Below, piece by piece: positions 16,483 through 25,633 of a stretch of 46,302 bases of DNA. The notes under the pieces were generated by a model. That model made no database searches. It saw only the letters and a program-made list of their open reading frames with translations, and was not told the DNA's origin. The position numbers were made by a program, and so were the translations under genes. The stretch lies in the IMG/VR virus record IMGVR_UViG_3300024254_000003, positions 1 through 46,302 of that record; one strand, given 5' to 3'. The first letter of the stretch is position 1; the number at the start of each line of letters is the position of its first letter. This DNA comes from a virus (lineage: Duplodnaviria; Caudoviricetes).

Positions 16483-19400
16483 ATGTCTGTGACACGAGCG
16501 TTATTAACGCCGAACGTTAACAACACAACTGAACTGAGTATCCCAAACGTTCCTGGTGCGTTATTTTATAATATCGAACACGATCGTCTAAGTTACAATG
16601 ATAATTCTAATGTAGTCCAAAGACTGACAAACAGTGTTGATTTATCAAATTTAGATGCGACTGTAGTGCATAACACAGGTGATGAAACAATCGCAGGTGT
16701 TAAGACTTTTACAAGTAATATAGTCGGCAATATATCGGGTAATTCTGGAACTGTAACTGACGGGGTTTACACGACTGATATTGGAACAGTTACCAACGCG
16801 ATGCTGGCCGGTTCAATTTCAGCTTCAAAATTGATACAAACTGATATTGTTTTGGCGGAATCTCAAGTAACAAATTTAACAAGCGATCTAGCCTCAAAAT
16901 TGAATCTATCCGGCGGCACGATGACCGGAAATTTAATTTTGAATACTGATCCAACAAGCTCATCTCAAGCTGCCACTAAAAACTATGTTGATATGATTGC
17001 CGCAGGATTTAATCAATTTGCTGTTTCTGCCGCTTCAACAACAAATTTAATTGGTATATATAATAATGGATCGTCAGGCGTAGGCGCGACTTTTACTATT
17101 ACAGCTACAGGCGCATTCACTCTTGATGGACAGGCGGGCGTTCTTAATGCTTCATATTTGCTAAAAGATCAAAGTAGCAGTTTTCAAAATGGTATATATA
17201 CATTAACTACAGTGGGTGGTTTATTAACTCAACCTGTATTAACTCGTTCTATTGATTACGATACACCATCAGAAATTGGTCCAGGTGATATTGTAAACGT
17301 TGCAAATGGCACAACAAATGCTGGCATAAGTTATTTGCAAACCGCAACAGTAACTACAATCGGAACAGACGCTATAACTTTTAGTAGATGGGGCGGTCAA
17401 TCCATGACTTTCGTCGGAAATGTGACAGGTAGTGGTTTTAGCCCTGTTACTCTGACAATTGGATCGCAACAAGTCATTAATTCCATGATTGCTAATGGAA
17501 CCATTGATTTAACCGCCAAAGTTACAGGCACACTTCCTAATGCTAATACTACCGCCGTATCAACTAACACAAATAGTGCTATTGTAACAAGAGACAGCGC
17601 CGGTGCATTCTCTGCTGGTATAGTTTCTGTTACTGGTCTGCAATCGACAGGACAAGTTTTATCTACAAAAACAGGCTCGCTAACTAATATCAATAACTCA
17701 GCATTCCTGGGAAAAGGAACAACGCCAGCTATTAGTTTATGGGATACATCATCAGGAAGTTATGGCACCATAATTGCGCAGGATGGAGATTTTACAAAGT
17801 TTATTACTGCACCCTATACGCCTGGCGCTGGTTGGGTATGGGCGCAATATACTGCAAGCTCTGGTCAAATAGATATTCTCGCCAACCAAGCTCCTGGTGG
17901 AATAAATGGCGGTATTGCTACTATCTATGGTGGCCAAGCTGGGAATAGCGGTCAAGGTGGTCATATTCAGCTTATTGCTGGTAGTTCTGGCACATCTTCG
18001 CTGGCTGGAAACGTTTACATACGTGGTGGTATAGCAACATCCGGCCAAAATGGAAATGTCTATTTCGATCAAGGTTTTGTTGTTATCGACAGCATAACAG
18101 CGTCAAGTCTAGTATTTTGCGGGGCAACAAATGGCTTGCAAGCCGCAATCATGGGAACACATTTAAGCTTGTCAGTAGGTGGCACTTTATCAACTGATGC
18201 GGCGAGCACTAACACGGCATCGACTATTGTCTCACGTGACTCAAGTGGTAATTTTAGTGCGGGTACAATTACAGCAACTATTAGCGGTACTGCGACAAAC
18301 GCAACAAATATAGCAATAACAAATGATACCAGCACAAATGCTACAATGTATCCGGTATGGGTAACTGCAAATACTGGTAATCTTCCAGCTAAAGTTTCGT
18401 CAACAAAAATGTCATTTAATCCTAGTACTGGGATATTATCAACTACAGGATTAAATCTTAGTGGTTTAACGGCATCTTATGCCGTAGTAATGGATGGATC
18501 AAATAATCTTGCCAGTTTACAATATACTGCTTCAAATATTGCTAGCACATTAATAGCAAGAACATCTAGTGGAAGTTTTGATTGCGGAAATATTGGGGTT
18601 ACTGGGAGTATCACCGTAACTGATTTAGCAGTGCCATCTATTTTTATTACAGCAACACGTACTGGATTTACAAGTATACCGTTATTACAATTAGATCGCG
18701 CTGATCAAGCCAACGGCGTATGTCGAATTGATTTTTCTACCGCTAATTTGGATAAATGGTATTTGCAGATGATCAACGGTTCGACGAACATCAATTTTCA
18801 TGATGTAGTAAACAATGTTGATGTTATTTCTATTGTTGCGGGCTCAGGAACAAGCAGCAAAGTTACTTTTGCTGGTGGCGTTAATATCGGTGGCCTTACA
18901 GCTTCGCGAGTTGTAGGTACAGATGGCAGTAGCAATTTAACTACCTTAACTTATGCCAGTGCTAATACAGCAAGTGCCCTGGTGCAAAGAGACTCAAATG
19001 GTGCCTTCTCGATGGGCGCATTGAATTGCTATGATTCAGGCGTTTCAACAAACGGAACGTCAGCAGTAATACTCGTTAATGGCGCCGGTAGTACAACTAA
19101 TGCTGGCTCAACCGCCAACTTTTCTTCTGGAAATTCTAGCACAGCAGGAAAAATTTATGGTATAGCAGTAGAAAAATTTGGCACTGAAGTTCTCTATATG
19201 GGTGTTAATAAAAACACTACAACAGACTCAATACCTGTTAATACCTGTTTTATTTCAACATATTCAAACACAGGTAAAATGGCTATTGGTCGAGGAGGTA
19301 GTAATAGCTTGCCTTCTACAGCCGATATTTTATTAAATGGAGATGGAAGCGTTACATTTGCAGGAAGCATTGGAATTGGAGTTACTCCTATTAATGGTAC

Positions 19401-19794
19401 ATTGACATTTAATAATGCAACTGCTTCTCCATTTCCACGATGTATTTTATATTCAGTAGCTAATAATGATCACCAATACTTAGGTTTTGGTATATCTTCA
19501 GCTACGCTGCGTTATCAAGTACCTGATAATCTCACAAGTCATATATTCTATGCGGGTTCTAGTAGTTCAGCATCTACACAGTTATTTAAAATCACTGGCA
19601 AGGGTTCAGTAGTTTGTAATTCCGCGGCAATTGCAACTAATGCTACTGATGGATTTTTATATGTCCCATCATGCGCAGGAACGCCGACAGGTACACCAAC
19701 GACAAATACAGGTAGTATAGCTACGGTTTATGATACCAGTGCAAATAAAATATGGTTTTACAACGGATCATGGCGCGGTGTTGCTGTTACATAG
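16483..19794 (+). CDS. Long tail-fibre-like protein
   Basis: LSGGTMTGNL, AATKNYVD, LLKDQ...QNGIY; four TNTxSxIVxRDSxGxF repeats. Confidence 0.8.
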   Translation: MSVTRALLTPNVNNTTELSIPNVPGALFYNIEHDRLSYNDNSNVVQRLTNSVDLSNLDATVVHNTGDETIAGVKTFTSNIVGNISGNSGTVTDGVYTTDIGTVTNAMLAGSISASKLIQTDIVLAESQVTNLTSDLASKLNLSGGTMTGNLILNTDPTSSSQAATKNYVDMIAAGFNQFAVSAASTTNLIGIYNNGSSGVGATFTITATGAFTLDGQAGVLNASYLLKDQSSSFQNGIYTLTTVGGLLTQPVLTRSIDYDTPSEIGPGDIVNVANGTTNAGISYLQTATVTTIGTDAITFSRWGGQSMTFVGNVTGSGFSPVTLTIGSQQVINSMIANGTIDLTAKVTGTLPNANTTAVSTNTNSAIVTRDSAGAFSAGIVSVTGLQSTGQVLSTKTGSLTNINNSAFLGKGTTPAISLWDTSSGSYGTIIAQDGDFTKFITAPYTPGAGWVWAQYTASSGQIDILANQAPGGINGGIATIYGGQAGNSGQGGHIQLIAGSSGTSSLAGNVYIRGGIATSGQNGNVYFDQGFVVIDSITASSLVFCGATNGLQAAIMGTHLSLSVGGTLSTDAASTNTASTIVSRDSSGNFSAGTITATISGTATNATNIAITNDTSTNATMYPVWVTANTGNLPAKVSSTKMSFNPSTGILSTTGLNLSGLTASYAVVMDGSNNLASLQYTASNIASTLIARTSSGSFDCGNIGVTGSITVTDLAVPSIFITATRTGFTSIPLLQLDRADQANGVCRIDFSTANLDKWYLQMINGSTNINFHDVVNNVDVISIVAGSGTSSKVTFAGGVNIGGLTASRVVGTDGSSNLTTLTYASANTASALVQRDSNGAFSMGALNCYDSGVSTNGTSAVILVNGAGSTTNAGSTANFSSGNSSTAGKIYGIAVEKFGTEVLYMGVNKNTTTDSIPVNTCFISTYSNTGKMAIGRGGSNSLPSTADILLNGDGSVTFAGSIGIGVTPINGTLTFNNATASPFPRCILYSVANNDHQYLGFGISSATLRYQVPDNLTSHIFYAGSSSSASTQLFKITGKGSVVCNSAAIATNATDGFLYVPSCAGTPTGTPTTNTGSIATVYDTSANKIWFYNGSWRGVAVT

Positions 19795-19860
19795 TCATTC
19801 ATGGTGGATTTTAAAGGCGGCATAATGTCATAATACGTTTTTTTAACAGGAAGAAGTAGC

Positions 19861-20160
19861 ATGAAAATCAATTTGAAAAGTCAGGTTTTGGATATTAAGG
19901 GCGAGCCAGTGATGGAAGGCGATAAACCAGTTTTTGTTTCTGAAGTTATAGCCGCACGTCTTTTTGAACAAGCGCCAGGAATTGAAACACTGAAATCTTA
20001 TGATTGGGCAGTGAAACTATATAAAGAAGGTGAGCTTGACCTTGATACAGTTGATCTAAATAAGCTAAAAACCTTTATTGAACAAAGTCAAACATGGGTT
20101 TTGGTCAAAGGTTTGGCATTAAAATTGATTAACGAGGCAGAACTAGCAAACCAACAATAG
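19861..20160 (+). CDS. Probable fibre assembly chaperone
   Basis: Small protein directly after the long fibre. Confidence 0.5.
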   Translation: MKINLKSQVLDIKGEPVMEGDKPVFVSEVIAARLFEQAPGIETLKSYDWAVKLYKEGELDLDTVDLNKLKTFIEQSQTWVLVKGLALKLINEAELANQQ

Positions 20161-20178
20161 TAAAGGAGGGCGCCACGG

Positions 20179-20670
20179 ATGGCTAATGTTAAATATCGGT
20201 TCCGTAAAGATGTTATCGAAAGATTGATTGATGCAGTCAGCAAAGGGGCAAGCTATATTCTAGCTTGCAACTATGCTGGTATTTCGCCAGTTACTTTCAA
20301 TAAATGGATGAAAAAAGGCGAAGAACAGTTAGAAGATTATGATGACGGAATTATTGAAAAAGGCGATGAGTTTTTAGAATTTTACATGAGTATTCGGGCC
20401 GCAGAAGGGGAAGCTGCAAAAGGATGGCTAACCATTATCGATCAAGCAGCGACTAATGGGGATTGGAAAGCAGCAGCATGGAAATTAGAGAAAAGGTATC
20501 CAAAAGAATATGGGAAACAGCAGATTACTCCACCCGACGATGACAAAAATGACCAGCTTACCGACGAGGAAAGAACTATTAGAATCCTTTCCCTATATGA
20601 CACAGCACGAAAGAGAATTGATTCTAAAGGACCTGGAACTACTGACGACAAAGGAAATGACGCTCAGTGA
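20179..20670 (+). CDS. terS: Terminase small subunit
   Basis: N-terminal HTH (ACNYAGIS..TF..W), DWKAAAWKLE; precedes TerL. Confidence 0.8.
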   Translation: MANVKYRFRKDVIERLIDAVSKGASYILACNYAGISPVTFNKWMKKGEEQLEDYDDGIIEKGDEFLEFYMSIRAAEGEAAKGWLTIIDQAATNGDWKAAAWKLEKRYPKEYGKQQITPPDDDKNDQLTDEERTIRILSLYDTARKRIDSKGPGTTDDKGNDAQ

Positions 20671-22465
20671 TTACATTAAGTCGGCATGGCATGTCATAGA
20701 ACCAGCTACTCCCTACGTTGACGGATGGCATATTGACGCTATCTGTGAACATTTGACAGCGGTAAGTTATGGGCAAATTAGAAATTTACTTATTAACATG
20801 CCGCCGCGTCATGCAAAGTCATTGATTGTTTCAGTATTTTGGCCGACATGGGAATGGACTAAATGGCCGCATAGGAAATTTTTATATTCATCATATGCAC
20901 AAAATCTCAGTATTCGTGATAGCCTAAAATGCCGTCGCTTGATCCAAAGCGGATGGTATCAGTCCCTGTTTCGCCATGTGTTTCAATTGCAGCGTGATCA
21001 AGCAACAAAGACTCGTTTCGATAATGACAAATACGGTTATAGGATAGCCACCTCGGTAAGTGGTATGGGCACAGGGGAAGGCGGTGATAGAATCATTTGC
21101 TTAGACTACGATGCCGAGTTAATCATGGAAATGGGTAACATGAAGATAGGCTATGTTGTCGAACACAAACTACCAGCAAAAGTTCTCTGCTATAACCGAT
21201 TAAAAAACAAAACAGAATATCGAAGAATCTTAAATCATTTTGAAACCTCTAGCACTGAAATGATAACCCTTAAGACTAGAGACCGAAGGCTAACTTGCAC
21301 CCCCAATCATCCTATTTTCATTATTGGCAAAGGTTATTTGCCGGCATGTCAAATCATGCCAGGAATGATGATAATGACCTCCAATAAACGCCAGGAATGG
21401 ATTGATTCTATTATTATGATAAACGGGGAATTTAAAACCTATAACATTGAAGTTGAAGAGCATAACAATTATTTTGCTAACGGTGTGTTAGTCCATAACT
21501 GCGACGATCCACATAACGTTTTGGAAGGTGAAAGTGAACTTGTAAGAGAAAGCACATTGACCTGGTGGTCTGAAACCATGTCCACACGTTTGAATGATCA
21601 AAAAACTGGCGCCAAGGTTATCGTCATGCAACGCGTTAATGAACGTGATCTATCCGGTGATGTACTGAAAAAAGGTGGTTATGAGCATTTGTGTTTGCCG
21701 TGCGAATATGAAGGTAGTAAGCATACCACTTCGATTGGATTTAAAGACCCTCGCACAGAAATGGGCGAACTACTTTGGCCTGAGAAGCTAGGCAGAGAAG
21801 AAATAGAGCAACTGAAGCGTGATATTGGTCCCTATGCTGCCGCTGGACAATTGCAACAAAGACCCGCACCGCGCGAAGGGGGGCTGATAAAAGCCGCATG
21901 GTTTAACTATTTCAAGCTGATAAAAGACGCTCATGGTTACATTCAGTCGCCAAAATTTTCCATGGTTTATCAGGTTTGGGATACAGCATTTAAAGTTAAA
22001 GAGAATAATGATTTTACAGTGTGTCATACCTATGGCGTGGCTGATAATGGGTTTTATTTGATTGATAGGTTCAAAAGTAAAATAGAATTTCCCGAATTGG
22101 AACGAATGGCTGTAATGTTAGCTAACGTACACAAACCTAATCAAATTTTTATCGAAGATCATGCAAGTGGTCAAAGTTTAATACAAGTGCTGCAAAAGAA
22201 AACCCGATTACCAATCAAAGCTATCAAAGCGGACAAAGACAAGGTAGCTAGATTAAACGCATGTTCAGGATTCATAGAAGCAGGTAAAATGTTCTTGCCG
22301 GAAAATGAGCCATGGGTAAGTGACTACATTGATACAATGTGTATGTTCCCAGCAGCCGCGCATGATGATGATGTAGATTGTACCACCCACTTTTTGATTA
22401 ACGTGGCATTAAAGAATGAGAATAAAGACAAAAAGGTTATACAAGGGTCAATCATAGGTAGATAG
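20510..22465 (+). CDS. terL: Terminase large subunit containing an intein
   Basis: NMPPRHAKS Walker A; Walker B DRII|CDDPHN interrupted; VMQR; QQRP; WDTA; IED.ASG; HDDDVD. Confidence 0.95.
   Translation: MGNSRLLHPTMTKMTSLPTRKELLESFPYMTQHERELILKDLELLTTKEMTLSDYIKSAWHVIEPATPYVDGWHIDAICEHLTAVSYGQIRNLLINMPPRHAKSLIVSVFWPTWEWTKWPHRKFLYSSYAQNLSIRDSLKCRRLIQSGWYQSLFRHVFQLQRDQATKTRFDNDKYGYRIATSVSGMGTGEGGDRIICLDYDAELIMEMGNMKIGYVVEHKLPAKVLCYNRLKNKTEYRRILNHFETSSTEMITLKTRDRRLTCTPNHPIFIIGKGYLPACQIMPGMMIMTSNKRQEWIDSIIMINGEFKTYNIEVEEHNNYFANGVLVHNCDDPHNVLEGESELVRESTLTWWSETMSTRLNDQKTGAKVIVMQRVNERDLSGDVLKKGGYEHLCLPCEYEGSKHTTSIGFKDPRTEMGELLWPEKLGREEIEQLKRDIGPYAAAGQLQQRPAPREGGLIKAAWFNYFKLIKDAHGYIQSPKFSMVYQVWDTAFKVKENNDFTVCHTYGVADNGFYLIDRFKSKIEFPELERMAVMLANVHKPNQIFIEDHASGQSLIQVLQKKTRLPIKAIKADKDKVARLNACSGFIEAGKMFLPENEPWVSDYIDTMCMFPAAAHDDDVDCTTHFLINVALKNENKDKKVIQGSIIGR
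21098..21499 (+). mobile_element. Mini-intein (134 aa, no homing endonuclease)
   Basis: Starts CLDYD; block B LTCTPNHPI; block F TYNIEVE; ends NYFANGVLVHN followed by +1 Cys. Confidence 0.93.
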
Positions 22466-22527
22466 TGATATTTTGTTGTTTTTTATATAAACTAGTTTGA
22501 GCATTAGCCATATCAAAAGGATTTTAT

Positions 22528-23346
22528 ATGATATTATTTAGCCCCGTTTTTCCCTCTCAAGGAATAGATCAAGTTAGACTCCAATCTCTTTGGACAGATA
22601 GTAATTATGCTCAAGTGACAGCATTGCATTTTTTGGATGCTCAAATTGCATTAGGTCATAGCGTTACTGTTAATGATATGATTTTTGTCACATATTCTGG
22701 CGGACAAGGTATTTTTTCTGCGAGTTTTGATGCTAATGGTTATTGCACACTTTCACCATCAGTGTTACTCAATAATGCTCCGCAAGTTTTGTCTACATCT
22801 AATTCTCTAGCAGCTCCAGGAACCATACGTGCATTAACAGGTGCAATGAATTCAACGGCAACTGTTATGACAAGTGGGAATTTAGTTGGCGTAAGAGGCT
22901 CAGTGAATGCCGTTGGTATGTCTGGTGGGTTTTTATATGGCGCACAAGGTAAAGTCATCGCAACAGGCACATTATCTGGTGGATGGACGGCTGGCGTATT
23001 TGGACAAGTTGATATGTCCGCCGCTACTATCACAACTGGTGAAGTATCTCCTGTTTGGTCAGATTTTGGAACGACTGCCACAGGAACTCATGCTGGCGCT
23101 AGATTATTTGCAGGCACAAATACTACCGCAGCAATTCTAGGTTCAAATCTCTACATGTATGGTGCGGCAACGAATCTATTTAAACTTGATGATAATAATG
23201 GATTATCTGGTCCTACTTACTTTGTTAATGCTGGTACTTCAAGTGGCTCAGCAGGTGACGCAACGCACTGCGCGGCAAATAAAGTATGGACAGTTATGCA
23301 AAATGGAGTCACGTATTATGTTCCTCTATTTGCTTCAAATTCTTGA
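22528..23346 (+). CDS. Gly/Ala/Thr-rich probable virion protein between terL and portal
   Basis: Beta-repeat-like composition; C-terminal NGVTYYVPL fibre-tip-like motif. Confidence 0.6.
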   Translation: MILFSPVFPSQGIDQVRLQSLWTDSNYAQVTALHFLDAQIALGHSVTVNDMIFVTYSGGQGIFSASFDANGYCTLSPSVLLNNAPQVLSTSNSLAAPGTIRALTGAMNSTATVMTSGNLVGVRGSVNAVGMSGGFLYGAQGKVIATGTLSGGWTAGVFGQVDMSAATITTGEVSPVWSDFGTTATGTHAGARLFAGTNTTAAILGSNLYMYGAATNLFKLDDNNGLSGPTYFVNAGTSSGSAGDATHCAANKVWTVMQNGVTYYVPLFASNS

Positions 23347-23365
23347 TAAAGGATTAATGCCATAA

Positions 23366-24910
23366 ATGACTTACTCAAGAGATAACAACTCAAATGATGC
23401 CTTTGTTCAGCGCTATGCCGAACGGTTTCGTTTAGAAATTGATAAAGATTGGACGCCACGCGAAAGTCGTTTGCATATTTATAAAATGTTCCTTGATGCG
23501 ACTATTTATGACAATCTATCGCCTTTTCATATTGAGTATCAAGAAGGTTCCGCTGATAATTCGGGATACATTAAATTACAACATCGTCGTCCTTCAGTCA
23601 TCTATGGCATACCCAAAATAATCGTAAATGAATCTACATCAATGTTATTTGGTGAAGAGCATTTTCCTGTTGTACGATGTGAGCATGACGCTACAACTGA
23701 TTTTCTAAAATACATCACAGATCATTGTAATCTAAAATATGCTATGCTAAATGCTGCTAAAACAGGTGCCATAGGTAGTGTTTGTATGTTAGTAAAAGTC
23801 TTAGAAGAAAAATTTTATTTTGATGTCATTGGCACAGCAGACATGATGCCTTTTTTTGACAGAATGCGCCCAGATGAATTGATTCGCGTAGTTCAAAAAA
23901 AGAAAACCGATGGTGCGACATTATCTAGCCAAGGTTATTCTATTGATAAAGATGATTTAAAAAAGAAATTCTTTATTCAACGCGAATGGAACCAAACTCA
24001 AGAAATTTATTACATTCCTTGGAAATGCGAAGATGATGAAGGTCATATACCACGTATTGATGCTGATCTTACTGTTTCTCACAATTTCGGCTTTGTTCCC
24101 ATCGTGTGGATCAAAAACACACCGCATACCCACCACATCGATGGAGAATGCACTTTCGGAACAGTAATTGATTTTTGCATTGAAATTGATTATCAATTGT
24201 CACAACTAGGACGATTATTGAAATACAATTCAGATCCTACACTTGTTGTGAAAAACCCATCAACGTTGGAAGGTCAGCAAATCATTAAAGGCGTAGGGGC
24301 ATTAAATCTTGATGAGAAAGGTGACGCGTACTTATTGGAAATGTCGAGCGGCGCGACCAATTCGGTTATTGATTATGTTCGTTGTTTACGTGAGTTTGCT
24401 CTTGAGTCTGTTCGCGGTAATCGCACTAACCCCGATAAACTTAGTGCTATCCATAGCGGAAAAGCATTGCAGATGCTTAACTCGGCGCTTATATCGTTGG
24501 TTGATGAATTCCGCCTCTCGTATGGCGAGTATGGATTATTGAAAGTGTATAAAATGGTTTTAAATATTTATGCTTTCATGAAAGGCAAGATAGACACTGG
24601 AGAATACAAACCAGCCTCAGAAGATTGTTCTTCGCATTTATCTTTGAAGTGGCCGGAATGGTATCCGGCTACACCGCAAGATAAGCTCCAACAGGCTCAA
24701 ACCTTGTCAACTTTACGGCACGATAAAATAATCAGCGAAGAAACGGCAATTAATACAGTTGCAGACGAATATGGTATAGTGGATACAGACGAAGAACTGA
24801 AAACCGTTCAAGCCGAGCGTAAGCTTGAAATGGATAGAGAGCAAGAGTACAATTCTAAATCATCGGCGCCAAAAGCGAAGATGACAGACAGAGAAGGGGA
24901 TACAGGTTAG
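23366..24910 (+). CDS. Portal protein (SPP1 gp6-like)
   Basis: IVNES..MLFGE, HNFGFVPIVWIKN, SGKAL; size and position. Confidence 0.85.
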   Translation: MTYSRDNNSNDAFVQRYAERFRLEIDKDWTPRESRLHIYKMFLDATIYDNLSPFHIEYQEGSADNSGYIKLQHRRPSVIYGIPKIIVNESTSMLFGEEHFPVVRCEHDATTDFLKYITDHCNLKYAMLNAAKTGAIGSVCMLVKVLEEKFYFDVIGTADMMPFFDRMRPDELIRVVQKKKTDGATLSSQGYSIDKDDLKKKFFIQREWNQTQEIYYIPWKCEDDEGHIPRIDADLTVSHNFGFVPIVWIKNTPHTHHIDGECTFGTVIDFCIEIDYQLSQLGRLLKYNSDPTLVVKNPSTLEGQQIIKGVGALNLDEKGDAYLLEMSSGATNSVIDYVRCLREFALESVRGNRTNPDKLSAIHSGKALQMLNSALISLVDEFRLSYGEYGLLKVYKMVLNIYAFMKGKIDTGEYKPASEDCSSHLSLKWPEWYPATPQDKLQQAQTLSTLRHDKIISEETAINTVADEYGIVDTDEELKTVQAERKLEMDREQEYNSKSSAPKAKMTDREGDTG

Positions 24911-24914
24911 GAAC

Positions 24915-24956
24915 CAACGTGGATCGTTGATAATTTAGCTGCGTGGACCGCAGTTA
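24915..24956 (+). promoter_or_regulatory. Tandem GGA-loop hairpins in scaffold leader
   Basis: CAACG-UGGAU-CGUUG (24915-24929) and UAGCUGCG-UGGAC-CGCAGUUA (24936-24956). Confidence 0.65.
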
Positions 24957-24971
24957 TATAGGTGAGGGAAT

Positions 24972-25493
24972 ATGACAACAGAAGCTACAGAAACAAAAGC
25001 AGCAGCAACAGAAGTACCAAGTGCAGACTTAACGAAATTGACAGATGGCGATATCAAGTGGCGTGCGAAGTACAAAGTGACTAAAGATGAATTGGAAACC
25101 GAACGCGCACAAATTGCCAAAGAACGCCAAGAACTAGCAAGCAAAATTGATACCACGTTCAAAGAAAAACAGACCGTGGAACAGAGATGGATTGAGGCTG
25201 AATTAAAAGCGCAAGCCATTGCGGCTGGAATCAAAGATTTAGATTTGGTCAAATTGATTGATAAGAGTCAAATAAAGGTTGGCCAAAACGGAATTGAAGG
25301 TTTGCAGCAAGTAATAGAAAGCTTTAAAACAAGTAAGCCGGATTTTTTTGGTGCTGATAAAAAGTTTAGTTCTTCAAGCAATGCGCCATTCCCTGAAGAA
25401 ACTAAAACGAAGCCAGTAAGTGCGCGTGATATGTCAGCCGAAGAATTCGCAAAAGCAAAACAGCAAATTTATTCTGGCGGTCGGCCATATTAA
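24972..25493 (+). CDS. Capsid scaffolding protein
   Basis: Coiled coil; AGIKDLD.VKL, KPDFFG; precedes MCP. Confidence 0.8.
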   Translation: MTTEATETKAAATEVPSADLTKLTDGDIKWRAKYKVTKDELETERAQIAKERQELASKIDTTFKEKQTVEQRWIEAELKAQAIAAGIKDLDLVKLIDKSQIKVGQNGIEGLQQVIESFKTSKPDFFGADKKFSSSSNAPFPEETKTKPVSARDMSAEEFAKAKQQIYSGGRPY

Positions 25494-25520
25494 GTCGATC
25501 GTCATGTGAAGTAGACAACT

Positions 25521-25578
25521 TAACTGCGTAGAGTGGATCTCAAAACAGTTATGCTCATACGAGTGGATCTCTATTGAG
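25521..25578 (+). promoter_or_regulatory. Tandem GGA-loop hairpins in capsid leader
   Basis: GAG-UGGAU-CUC twice, with outer stems UAACUG/CAGUUA and CUCAUA/UAUUGAG. Confidence 0.65.
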
Positions 25579-25633
25579 ATAAGAGTCGAAAAAACGGAAC
25601 TTTTTCTAACTTTTATTTTTTTGGAGAGTCGTC

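Noticed and set aside
16483-19794. Diversity-generating retroelement or invertible fibre cassette
   Set aside because: No reverse transcriptase or invertase recognised; the fibre repeats are diverged protein-level repeats, not adenine-specific TR/VR pairs
24105-24112. Additional GTGGATC copies inside coding regions (portal; csrA and SSB on the minus strand)
   Set aside because: Flanks give at most 2 bp of stem, so they are not counted as members of the hairpin family
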